Assembly (NCBI GenBank): GCA_013265495.1
Contig: MU058418.1
Location: 1,948,917-2,012,916, forward strand
Length of the DNA: 64,000 bases
From: Vicugna vicugna
Lineage: Eukaryota
Direction of reading: 5' to 3'
Shown here: positions 37,176 through 49,346 of the stretch, one piece after another
Position numbering within the stretch: the stretch's first letter is position 1
Layout: each line of letters begins with the position of its first letter
The notes under the pieces: model-generated
Databases searched by the model: none
What the model was told of the DNA's origin: nothing
Seen by the model: the letters and a program-made list of their open reading frames with translations, nothing else
Position numbers and translations under genes: made by a program

Positions 37176-39249
37176 CGCGTCCTCGAGGCTGGCTTTCGAG
37201 CGAAGACTGACGGACCCAACGCTGCGTTTGTTCCTCTATTCCCTAAGGCGCCGCCTCGGAGACTCCGCTCCCCTCACGGGCGCGCGCCGGGGTCACGTGA
37301 GGAATCCCAGGCCGTGGCGTGCGGAGGCGGGGCGCCGGCGATACCAACTGGAATCCCACGGGAGGGGAAACAAGAGCGTCGAGAGGAACTCGAGGGAAGA
37401 TGTCCCTACAAGCGACTGTAATATAGCAAAGAAACTGTTCAGACTCAGTAAACTCTTTTATTTGCCCTCAGGATGCCACACTGGACGTGTAGGGGCTGTT
37501 CTCGTCCCTGAGATAGAGAAGGCTCCCACCCCGGCTTGGATGGAACAACCTACATGACGTGGCGACGGCGTCCCCCTGAACGACCTGCTGGGCAGTAATT
37601 CCGCGGCCCCATGTGATCTCGGGGGCCACGCCTCCTGGACCTGAGTGCCGCTGAGAGGAAGTGGTTTCCAAGCGGTGCGCGAGAGTTAGGTTTGTACTGT
37701 CGTCCTGCGTTCCGAGGTGCTTGCATATGTATCGTTCAGAGGACCTGCGCGTTTTTCCTTGAAAATCGATTTTGCTGGAAGTAACCCTGTGTTAGAACAA
37801 TCTAGGGAAATAGAGACACCTCGTGGTTGAGGAGTTTGTGCTCCGCCGCCCACGTTGTGTGACCGACTGAAACACCGAAAGCGGTCTCCTGCTTTCCAGT
37901 CGGAGCCGCACGCCATCTATCTCTGTCACACTTTCCCTGACTTTTCCAAATTTCTTGCTATTTCATCCAGCGGTAGTAGCAGCCAGTCGGTGCCACTGCT
38001 GTAGTCAATCAAAGATGATATGGGTTGGAAATCCCTCTGGTCCGTTCCCACCTTCACTTTACGGGTGAAACCGAGACTCAGAAGTGACTTGACTGAAAGG
38101 CGCAATTGTTTGTCATCAGGGCTGGATTTTGAAATGTCTGTTCATGTTCTGTCACTGCTAGGGCTTTTAGTTAGGGTGAGCGCCGTCTGATGCCCAATCA
38201 CAGAAATATTCACAAGTGCATCCGTGTTTATATCAAATGGTAAAAGATTGTAAAAGCTGTATTAAACGCTGGTTTCAGCTATTTGTAGTTATTTAATTTT
38301 AATTATGTATATTTACCCTAAAAATAACAGAACTTGCTTTTTGAGATCTGCTTTGCTCTGAACAGCATCCCCACCCATGCCGAAGATGACTACAGAAGTG
38401 CTTTATCTTTTTTTGCCTAACCATGAAAGCTTTCCTAAACTAAAATGTAATCAGTGGGGTCCTTCTGTACCCTCATGACTATTAACATATTTGTTCCATC
38501 GACTACACTAGTTGGAGATTCGCTTGGATGTAAACAAACTGATGCTTTTTGACTGATCCAACCTACAGCCAGAAGCATGAGAGTGCCGCCAAGTGAGGTC
38601 CCATCATCAACCTTCAAACAATGAAAGGTAGCTCTTCTCTCAGGATACCTTTAAACAGTATTTATTTAGCACATGACCATATGACAATTGAAGGCACTAG
38701 TCAACTTTTACATTTTTAGGTTGAAATATAATAGAAGTTGTATTCTCTTTCCAGATTCTAATGGATTATCTTGTTTAAGTGCCAAGATGAACACATCCCA
38801 TTGTGGAGGCCATTGTTTAACAGTTTACCATCTGGGCATTCAACTCTAGTCCTCAGATTTTTGTTAGTCTATGTAAGGGGACATTTCACTCTTGTTTTAA
38901 AACTAGAAAAGCATTGGCTAATTTTATTTTATTTTACATGGCATCTGTTGAGCTAGATCAAGGAAGACTTCCAAAGTTACTTTCGCCATTTCAGAGCAGG
39001 GACTGGCATCTATAATACAGTTTTAACACGTATTAAACCTGCTGTAATATTTAAGTAACTTGCACAAAATTGGAAAAGGATTGTAACAAATCAAAGATTA
39101 TTAGTGATAGTCAGATTCTTACTATTAACACTGTGGTTAGGGTTGGTGTTAAGATACTAGAGTTACTCTCATTAGGAGGCTCTCCACTTTGACAACAGAT
39201 ATTTCCTTGATAACTTGCAGGGTTTCAGAGGGGAGCATTACAATTTAGA

Positions 39250-40545
39250 GCAATTGTTCTCAACCTTGGCTGAACATAGGAACCAACAGGAAGTTTTGAA
39301 AAGTACTAATGCCTGAGTACTGATTTAATTAGTCTGGTATAATGTCTAGGCATCAGGAGTTTTAAAAGCTCCCCAGATGTTTCTAATCTGCCACCTGCAA
39401 ACCACACACAGCTTTACTCTTCTCAAAGCGTAGATCATGAACCAATATCATTCATACCACTTGAAAACTTGTTAGAAACACGATGTCTTGGGCCTCACCT
39501 CAGACCTGATGCATACCCCGCATTTGCACGAGAGCCGTATGCACACCTATTAAAGTCTGAGAAGACTGCTTTGCACTTTGACCCATGGAGAACTATTCTA
39601 TCCTCCTAAATGGCTGCAATTCCTTTCAGTACAAAATTACATCAAGCAAGACATGTTGGAAAGTTTTTTCTCTTTGTTTGGTTTTTTGTTTGTTCTACAA
39701 ATGTATGTAAGGTCTGGGTACAAACAAAATTTCTGAATGTGCGGGAGTCACAGAGCCCAGCCTAGGTTCCCTGTGTGCTGGCACCTGAGACGCATTTATA
39801 GTTATCTGCTTAAAATCCTGGGTATGCTGGAGCTTTTTCCATTATATCTCTTAGTCCTTTAGGAAACAGAAGGAATGCTTTTAGATAACAACCCCCAGGT
39901 TCAAGCTATACTACACCCCAGGCAGTTTCTGATATCCAACATTAGTTACTGCCTCCCCCTGCACCCAGGTATCTGTTGTGCTCCTCCCAATCCTGTCTTG
40001 GAGAGCTGATTTTCACCCGGGACACAATCAGATGGATATTCTGGTTATTAAAATATTCAACTGATTCTGTACTGAATGGTAAATAGCACTGCCCTGAGCA
40101 GCCCAGGTGTCCCAGTTCCTTCCCTGAGACCCCAGACTGCCTGTTGCCTCTTCAGCAGTGGAGGGCTCACCTCTGGTCCAGCCAGGAGCTCTAGGACCTT
40201 GTATCAGACCTCTAGTCACTGTCCCTTCTGATTGTTCAGTATTTGCTTACCTCCCTGCTGCCTTAATGAAATCAAAGTTTCTTGTCTCATCATTTTGCCT
40301 AATTCTTTTCTGTTGTCACACTTGTGTTTTATAACTTTTATCCTTCTTCCACATACCTGCATGCCACAAGTCCCTCATATGTCTGTCTATGGCTTTAACA
40401 CATCCCCGTGGTTCTTAACGTGTGGTCTCCAGATCAGCAGATCAGCATCACCTGAAACATGTTAAAAATGCAAATTCTCCAACCAGCTCCAGACCCACTG
40501 AATCAGAAACTGAGGGAGGCCCAGGAATCTGTGTTTTAATAGGCT
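39250..40545. mobile_element. Cluster of MER5-like DNA transposon fragments (about 39250-39570 and 40405-40545)
   Basis: Motifs ttctcaaccttggctg, aaaagctccccag and cagcatcacctg...actgaatcagaaact. Confidence 0.6.
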
Positions 40546-41479
40546 CAAGCATTTATTTTTTAAATTTTATCTCTTTTTTTTTAATATTCAAGCATTTCTT
40601 ATGCACATGGAAGTAAAAGAATCTATAATTTACCACATTTCAAAGCTCCCTTTCAAGTATCAAACTTTGTAATTTATGTTGTATATGTTGCTACTGAGTT
40701 TGTTACAAATATTTTGTATGATGCATAAAATTTACTGCAGATATGGACTGATTAGATTTGCCAGTTTAAGTTGTGATTCCATTTTGGGAAGGGTAGTGGG
40801 TAGTATAAGCAATATAATTGTTTAAAAAATGAGTTTCTAGGCGGGGAGAGAGTATCACTAGGTTGGTAGAGATCAGTTTTAATTTTGACAATATACCTTT
40901 GAGTTAATTCTGTCAATTGAAAATTAATGTGAGAATAGCATAACAGGGACTTGATGTTTCTTGAAGTGACGTTGATGATGATGATGATGATGTTCTTTTT
41001 GTCGGTGGCAGTTGACTGGTTTTTGTGGGTTGATATTTCAGAAGGGTAACTAATTTTTATCGAACTTACGCTGTGTGTCAAGGATCACTAGTGGTGTCTT
41101 CACACATTATCTCAATTAATCCTCAAACCACCATGAGATAGATGTACCCCTATTTTAATAATGAAATTGAAAAGTAAATAATGGTATTGTTATTGATTCT
41201 ATAAATTTACTCAGGGAATCACTAAAGTTTTAGAGCCAGAAGGGAGCTGACAACTTCCTTACTTCCATAAGTACTTTTTACAAATGAGAAAAATGAAAGG
41301 TTAAATGATTTGACAACCTTATTGCTAGGTAGCCAGGACTAAAACAAATACACATGATTTAAAATGTGTATAAAGTGTAAATATTTGAGTATGGAATCCT
41401 GAGGTTGCCAGACCATTCATTAGCAAATAGCTGGCATTGTTTGGAGTTGGGGAAAACATATTCTTTGGACAGTTTTTTA

Positions 41480-41605
41480 AAAAATTTTTTCTTGGGGGGC
41501 AGGTAATTAGGTTTATTTATTTATTTTAATGGAGGTACTAGGGATTGAACCTAGGACCTCATGCAGGCTAAGCATGAACTCTACCACTGAGCTATACCAA
41601 CCTCT
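41480..41605 (-). mobile_element. vic-1-like SINE
   Basis: Same A-box/B-box head and aaacctaattacc tail motif, on the minus strand. Confidence 0.85.
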
Positions 41606-41647
41606 TAGAATTTTTTGTTGTTGTTTAAGGAAAAAAAATAAAAAACA

Positions 41648-41790
41648 GGCAGGGGGTATAGCTCAAGTGGTAGAACAAATGCTTAGCATGCATGAGGTCC
41701 TGGGTTTAATCCTTGGTACTGCCATTAAAAAAAATATATATCTAATTACCTACCCCCAAATAATAATAAATACAATTTAATTTTTTAAAA
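41648..41790 (+). mobile_element. vic-1-like SINE
   Basis: gggggtatagctcaagtggtagaa...cttagcatgcatgaggtcctgggttt followed by ctaattacc tail. Confidence 0.85.
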
Positions 41791-43675
41791 AACCCAGAAT
41801 TTATTTATTTAATATATTCATCACAAAGGCTTAACCAGACAAAAAACAAAAACAAAAGTGACACCACAGATAAGATACAGAGTCCTATACAGAAATCAAG
41901 GAAAGGACAGGCCATCTAAGGAAAAAAATAAGATGACACAAGGAGAGAGCTGGACAGCCCGAGTCAGGGCTTTTGGCTGGAGACCTGCTTTAAGCAGGTT
42001 TCTTACAGGTTAGAATTTTAAATATTTGTCTCAAATTTCCACTAATAAGAAAAATGTCCAGATACTACACACTCCACTTATTAACATGGCTTAGTGTAAG
42101 ATCTAGCATGTGTACTTGACTTTGCCATATCAGCAGTTAGGGCAAAGTCACATAACTAACTTTTTGTATAGATCATCACAATGCCTTTACTCTCATACTT
42201 GTAGACTTGGTAAAATTTGGAATTCCTTTGTTTAATCAAGTCGAAGTGTCTCAATTTGGTTAAATCAAAATATTATACTTGGAGTTAATTGGAATAAGTT
42301 TTTCAGTCCTTTGTAACAATCAGTTTCTCCACACGACATGGTTAAACATATGAATCATTTTAAGACAGAATATATTCTATTACAGAAGTATCATGGTGTG
42401 ATGATGGTAATAAAAAACACTGCATAGACAGATCTGTGATTAAAGTTTCTACACAGCCTGAAAGTAGGACTTGAAATTAAACACAGGGATCATGATCTTG
42501 CCATCCTTTAGATGGTGGTTAGCAGAGTTCTACTTTTACATTGCAGCTAAACTGAAAAATAAAGGGAGCTGAGATCAGTTTCTTACACCCATGCAAAGAT
42601 CTCAGTTCTTTCATAATATCAGACAAATGCTTTATGCCCTAATATACAGGTTCATTGCCAGTATGAATTGCCCTACTGCTTGACTATTACATAGTCTATT
42701 ACATGACTAAGGCTTGTAATTTGTTTTAACCATGATCTTTGCAAAGCGTCAGTTTCATTCATCACATGCTTCATGAGTTGGTGAGAGTCCTTGTAGCAAG
42801 CCCAGCATCCCTTTGTTTGAGATGTTACCAATCTGTCCAGAGAAAGCCCTCCAGAGGCCTAGCGAGCGGATCTGGAGGTTTCATACAAACAGCTTGAATT
42901 CTCAGGGTGGCCAAAACTCGTAAGAATAGAAGAGGAGATACCTCCTCTTCAGTGTTTCCTTAGTCTAGCTGTTAGTCATTGAGGAACTTTTTTTAAAATA
43001 CAAGTTCCTCGGCACCAGGAGTTTATTAAGCATGCATGTATCGCGCACTTACAGGCCTACTCAAGTTCGTGTCTGCACACTATTGATTCCTTGAACCCTT
43101 ACAACAACTCTGGGATAGGTGCTACTGTTTTGAGATGAGGAAATAGAGGCACAGTGAAGTTCTTGCCTGAGTTCGTGCAGCAAGTAAAGGGCAGAGCCAG
43201 GATTCCAAACCCAGGAGGTCTGGCTCTAGAACACACGTTCTTAACTCTGCTGCCCTTGGGGTAGTTGAGAATGTAATGCAGGCAGTATGCTTTCTCCCCA
43301 TCCTCCTCTCAGATCTTAGGATAGAAGTATATGCCAATATGAATGAAGCTGTTATTTTAAAAAGAAAGAATATGCCAGTTGTCAGGGGGTAGGGATGATA
43401 GGGAGCAGGGGAGTAGGTGTAACCATAAAGGGCTATCCTGAGGGAGGTCTTTGTGGCACTTAAGAAGGTCTGTATCTTGATTGTGGTGCCAGTCACGCAG
43501 ATCTGCACATGGTAAAATGACAGCTGTACCAGTGTCAACTGCCTGGTTTTGATATTGTACTCTAGCTGTGTAGGATAGGCCACTGGGGAAACTGGGTGAT
43601 CCGTACACAGGACTGCCCTATAGAATTTTTGCAACTTCCTATGAATCTATAATCATTTCAAAATTAAAAATTAAA

Positions 43676-43770
43676 GTGGTGAGAGTAATAGCTCAGTGGT
43701 AGAGCACATGTTTAGCACTTATGAGGCTCTAGGTTCAATCCCCAGTACCCCATTAAAAAGAAAAAAAAAT
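43676..43770 (+). mobile_element. vic-1-like SINE (short form) at the tail of an old L1 3' end (about 43350-43675)
   Basis: atagctcagtggtagagcacatg...ggttcaatccccagtacc then poly(A). Confidence 0.8.
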
Positions 43771-44509
43771 TTTTTTAATCCTTTGGCTATCTGGCAAGCT
43801 TCAAGTCAATTAGAGAGCTGTCTCCTTAAGACTGGCTCAAAGAGAGACCATTCTTGGAAGACAAAGCTTTGGCTAAGGGCAAGAAAAGCTCAATGGCTCT
43901 GGGCAGAACAACAGTGCAACAACACGGATGGTGGCAGCAGAGCATGGTCACCACTGACAGAGGCAAGCACTTCACTGGCTACAGAAAGGAGGCTGAAACC
44001 TGTTACTTATGTCTTGCAGTGATTCCCAAGTAACCAGTGCCCAGGTGACTAAGAACCTCTGGGGGGAGAGCTGACAGTACATACAATCCCTGTCCCACAT
44101 CTCAAGATTCTGCAGGTCAAGGATGGGGTCCAGCAGCCTGTGTTGAAAAAGTTCCCAAGGTGACAGGAGTTTAAGCATCTCAGCTTAAGGGAACAGCTGA
44201 TAAAGCTGGATCCCAGTAACATCTCAGGAGCCCACCACCAGAGACTAGAACCCAAGCTCTTGGTTTTCATATGGTTAGAATGGCTCAGAGACAAGCATTC
44301 TATTCATGTCATATAAAAGCATCCAAAGTGTGTACCCGTTTCTAAATGCTGTGTACGAACAGTGAACTATTACAATGAAGTTTTTTTCTATTACCTCTTT
44401 CCTATTCAGTTATTTACCAAGTTTCTTATGGCAGAAGTATAATTACAGACAACGTAATTCTATTATAGGTACAAATGTTTTAGGATTCAGAGGCCATTAT
44501 GTTCTGCTG

Positions 44510-44850
44510 CTAAATTAAGAATGGTTTTGGCTACAAGTAACAAAAGAGTCAACCAACAGGCAGGGGTCTATCTGCCTCAGATAGTAAGAAGCCCAGATGT
44601 AGGTAGTTGTTGGTATTGGTTCCACAGCTCGAGGGTTGGGGCTGACTTCTGTGTTGTTCTCTTGACCTGACCTTCATGTCTCCAGCCTCTCTGCATTCAA
44701 GACTGGGTAGAGGGTCCCACAGCCACTCCTAGCTGCAAAGGAGGCTAAAATAGTGTGTAATCTTGCTTTTATTGTCTTTACAGCAGAGGCAAGATAGGAA
44801 ACTGGGGAAAGAGTGGGTGTTGGGTGAGCTAATCTACAACGTCTGCCACA
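44510..44850 (-). mobile_element. MaLR LTR (old MLT1-like) just 3' of the PPIL6 stop codon
   Basis: Minus strand begins tgtggcagac; contains cctagctgcaaaggaggct and ttggctacaagtaaca motifs. Confidence 0.6.
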
Positions 44851-44948
44851 GTTTTCAAATTAAATTTTATCAAGCACTGTTAAATTAAATCTAGAAACAG
44901 CTGATCAGATATATGATAAAAAATTGTCAGAAATTATTGATATGAAAA

Positions 44949-45060
44949 TTAAGCATAAAGATCTCCACTGTCAATAATTCTACATTGTTGTATTGGTCTT
45001 TCATTCTCTGTGGGAACCAGTTCTAGTTGTTGAAGAACATCTGTTCCTTCAATCAATTGC
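44949..45060 (-). CDS. PPIL6: PPIL6 terminal coding exon, (G)QLIEGTDVLQQLELVPTENERPIQQCRIIDSGDLYA*
   Basis: tatag| acceptor, phase 2, TAA at 44949-44951; typical cyclophilin C-terminus. Confidence 0.92.
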
Positions 45061-45209
45061 CTATATAGGGAAAAAAATGGAAAATATATTCAGTCTTAAA
45101 TTTTCACATTTAGATTACATTCCTAAACTGAGTCCTATCTAGCTTAGCTAAGGCTATTTCCTACAAATTAAATTAACATCAGTCATAAATGTCTTAAAAT
45201 AGCTCTAGA

Positions 45210-47500
45210 TGTGTCCACTTTGCCATGGTTCCTTCACATCTGCTCTGGGATCCTTCCCATCTGTTATCCTCATGGCCATCAGAATGACCTTTTAGAAATG
45301 CAACTATGATCTCATCTCCCTGCGTAAAACACTTCAGTCATTTCCCACTATCCTTATGATAAAGACCAAAAATCACTACCATGGCTGGCCTCCCTACTCC
45401 CCAAGGGGCTGCCTTGCAACATGCTCCCTGTCCTCTCGGCTCCAATTGGACTGGCTCTTAGCACCTCAGTAGCCCTGTGTGCCCTTCCTGCCGCAGCTGT
45501 CGCCTTTGCTCATGTCCTCCCAGTATCCCTTTGCCTGGTCACCTCCTAGTCTTCCTTCAGACCTTACTCAGTCATCACTTCCTTGGGGGAAGTTTCCCAG
45601 ACACCATTTCTGATTATATCAAGTTCCCCTCTGCTTTATAGAGTGATCAGGGTTAAATTTGACATTTATTTGTATGTTTCCTGGATTAATTTCTGACTCT
45701 CCCACGAGGGCAGAGATCATACTTTTGCTTGGTGCTCAGTGCCTGGCACAGAGGAGGCACCTCATCAACATCCACTGAACACATGAATAAAAGACAGCGC
45801 AAAGCCATGCTAGTTTGGGTTTCTGTAGACATTTCCTGGCCACAAGCCAGAACTCCCTGAGTGGAACTATATTTCTAATGGTTCTTGCAACCAGAGGGGG
45901 CCACAGGGGCCAGAGAGACAGCTCTAAACATAGGACTGTGCCCTCTGCCAATGCTTAGGTTGAAGCAGTGGCTGAAGGGAAGGTGTGATTTCCATTTCAT
46001 GATCCTTTATGGGGACACAGTCAGTGCTGACACTGACCATGCTCTAGCCATCTCTTTTTGGGGGGACTCTATTTTTGCCATTCCAATTAGAAAAGATGAC
46101 ACAGAGCAGGACACAAGGTACATTCTGAGGATGAAGAGTAGGGGATAAATAGGCAGATTCAGCTCTGACCAAAGACAATGTACAGCCTCTTCTCCAAATT
46201 GGTTTCACAATTATTGAATGAGTACCTACTGTGTGCTTCTCTCCACTGTGACAGGTGTTAGAGCACAAGATGAGAGAGACTCAGTCCCTATTTCAAGTTG
46301 TTCGTGTTGCACCAAAGAAGGCAAAGAAGCAGTTTGATTTTGGTAATAGGAGGGGTTTCTGACCTAAGCCTTGAACAGGATTTTGGCAGACTGAAGGAAA
46401 GCAGAAAGGAACAAGACAAGCTAAGGCACAGAGGCTGTTCTGGGAAGGAGGTACCCTGGGCTGGCTGCAGCTCAGCTGCCAGGTTGACAGCTTCCAAATC
46501 TCCATCTCTAGCCCCTGCCCAGCTTGAATACCTACTCCTGGTATCAGGAGTTGCCACCTTCCTGTCACATAGGTATCTTAATTTGAAACATAACTTACCC
46601 ATTTTGAATTCATGAGCTTCTCACCCATACCCTCCCTCTTATATTCCCTACCTTGGTGAATGGCACCAACCATCCAACCAGTTCCAAAATCCTGGGAGTT
46701 CTTCAGATCTTCATTGCCCAGTATGGTAGCTACTAGCCACCTGTGGTTATTTAAATTAATTTAAATTTAGTTCCTTAGTTGCAGTAGCCACATTTCAAAT
46801 GCTCAGTGGCCACATGTGGCTAGTGGCTGTCATACTAGGCAGCACAGATCATAGCACATTTCTAACACTGTGGAAAGTTATTAGACACTATTGCTCTAGA
46901 CTTTTCCCACGACCTCACCTTCAAAATCTAAATAGTCATAAAGCCCTGTTGAATCTGACTTCCAAACGTCTCCTGAATTTTTCCATTTATCCCCTGCTCA
47001 TTTGTATTGCCAATGCCTTAGGCCAAACATCATTTATGGCCTGCTACTACCATGGCTTCTTAACTGGCCTACTTTCATTTTCATTCTCTGCCAATGAATT
47101 CCTCACTTCTACTAAAAAGAGATTTTTTTTCAGAATGAGAACCTGGTAATGCTGCTCCCAATTTAAAATTCTTCCATGGCTTCCCAGCCCCTTCAGGTGG
47201 TGGAGGGGGGGTGTCTACACTCAGCAGCATGGCACTCACAGTTCTGTGGGAACTGGGCCCTGGCTGTCTCCATTTCCCCCTGGGCACGAAGCTGCAGCCA
47301 GACCAAATGACTTGAGATAAGATGCGCTCCTTACCCCTTAGGGCCTCTGCAAATGCTCTTCACTCTTCCTAAAACTGATTTTACTCATTTTGATTTCCAG
47401 TCTTCTCTATATGGCTAACTTCACCATGACTTTCAATACTCATCTCACCTTCTCACGAAGCTTTCAGGGCCTCTCCCTACTTTAGGCATCCCTTATAGTG
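45210..47500. mobile_element. L2 fragments with a nested MER3-like element (about 46718-46900)
   Basis: L2 3' end cagtgcctggcacagaggaggcacctca; MER3 motif tagccacatttcaaatgctcagtggccacatgtggctagtggct. Confidence 0.6.
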
Positions 47501-49210
47501 AAATTAATTCCCTCCACCACTATCCCAAACATACACCCCTTCTATATATGTGAGAATGTAGATCTTACAAGCTTGTATTTTGATATTCTTTCCCTGTGAA
47601 ACCATTGGGAGAGGCCATCAACAAAACTGTGAGGTGATGCAGTCTCTCCTAAAGGGTATTCTGAGGGTCATTCATCTGAAGACAAGGCAAATTCAAGTAC
47701 CAGAAACTAGGGCTTGGAAGGTGGGTCTGTTTCAGATAGGAGAGGAGATTTCTGAATCTCTCTGGACCTTGCTAACCACATCTGGGCCTCCAGAAGCCCA
47801 GATAATCCTGGGGATGCTCTGTGATGATGGGGAAGAGAAAGCATCCACCACCGGATGCAGCCCTACAGCAGGAAGGAAGGTATCCCTGAAGGAGTTGGTT
47901 ATATTTTGTCAGAATATCTAGTTGCCTGTTATGGTACTACCTTTCTGCTTCTCCCTAGTGATCCGTAGGACCACTATTAATTAAAATATTCAGCTCAGAC
48001 TCAGCTGTGATTTAGAGGTTTAAGAGATATATTGAGATTATACTTAGGCTAGAACAATAAAAGAGGTGCAGCCTCTCCCTGAGGCCAGGGTGTTGGTGAT
48101 AACTAATTACTGAGAGAGATTCCCTTAAAGAAAGGTGAATCACATGGAAAATAGCCATCATCAAAAGGAAACTAAGCACTCCTCCACTCCACTACCATCC
48201 TGTAACCATCTGATCTGCTTTGGCATTTACTAAAGGAGTTGGAGGGTGTTTATTGCCTTACCGTCTCTCCTGTACTTCCAGTGCACTCTTTATAGGATTT
48301 GCATAGTCAGGTCTCACCGTCTCGCAGTTGTTGGGTTTTCTAATCCACTATTGGCTCCCTGAGGGGCAGACATTGTGTCTCATCACTCTTTCCCCATCTG
48401 AGCATGGTGACTAGCATGTAATAGGTGCCTAATAAAATGATGATTGAATGAATAAGTCAGAAGGCTGAAAAAAGATGTGGGGCCAGAGGATGAAGGACAC
48501 AGAATGCCACTCTGAACTCAAGGCTCTCTGCGTCTGGGGGTGGAAGTGGTGAAGGAGGCATTAAACATTTTAAAGTAGTCACATTTGTGCTTGAGAAAGG
48601 TAACTTTTCAAAAGATAGAAGTAATCAACTAAGCATGTGGTTGAGGGCAGTGATACTACCAGCAGGATGACAGGGAAGACATTTACATAATTTAAGAAAT
48701 TGTGAGAGTTATATGGATTTAAAAGTAATTGAAGAATGCATTTCCAAAATCAGAATATACTTTCTTAAGACCAGGGAAGATGGAGGATAACACATTATTT
48801 TAGGTTATGTAGCTGTTAAAATAAAATCATCTCTTTAAGAAATCTTCTTTGGATGAAAATATACTTTCTTCTTTTTCAGCCTGGAAATATCACCTACATT
48901 ATACTTGAAGGAATAATTGTGGTTAAAATTAACACTGGCCTAAAATTTTTTTCTTGGGATGAAAAGTCAGTAATTATCCCAATGGAGAGGCTGGAATAAT
49001 CTAATACTTATTCAGAAAAGTTCTAACACTTTATATATCATTTCAGGGAAAAATATTTATTTTTAAATATGTTTGTCTATAGCATTTGTATTACTTTTTC
49101 TTTTAAAGTCTATTTTTAGCAACCCATAGACTTTGTACAATACTTACCCAAATCTTTTTGAACCACATTTTTACACGTATGAGCATTATATGAACAAACA
49201 ACACACGTAC

Positions 49211-49346
49211 CCAAAAGCCACATATTTTCTATCTAGATAAGGAGTTGGTTGTAGTGTGATGTAGAACTGTGACCCATTGCTGTGATGGCCTTTGTTGACC
49301 ATTCCAAGAACTCCCCTTTTATTGTGAGGAATTGAGAAGTTTTCAT
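49211..49346 (-). CDS. PPIL6: PPIL6 exon, DENFSIPHNKRGVLGMVNKGHHSNGSQFYITLQPTPYLDRKYVAFG
   Basis: ttttctag| acceptor, |gtacgt donor; 136 nt, phase 1-2; DENF and NGSQF motifs. Confidence 0.95.

Larger units (their letters stand above)
36590..37920. promoter_or_regulatory. CpG island and TATA-less promoter of CD164
   Basis: Sharp rise in GC and CpG content over exon 1; E-box GTCACGTGAG at 37292-37301; GC box at 37324-37333; ETS-type GAGGAAGTG at 37655-37663. Confidence 0.9.

Noticed and set aside
36493..37557. Overlapping Arg/Pro/Gly-rich ORFs around CD164 exon 1
   Set aside because: Stop codons are scarce in a CpG island; only the 37175-36983 frame has a signal peptide, donor site and family identity.
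38435..38617. Peptide VDDGTSLGGTLMLLAVGWI, vaguely like the first-Asp region of Mutator-type transposases
   Set aside because: Short, gapped, subjective resemblance with no other motifs or TIRs. An HMM search against Pfam MULE or Dfam would be needed; chance is more likely.
43122..43634. Longest ORF in the track (170 aa)
   Set aside because: It runs across an L1 3'UTR fragment and a MIR; no splice structure or recognisable domain.
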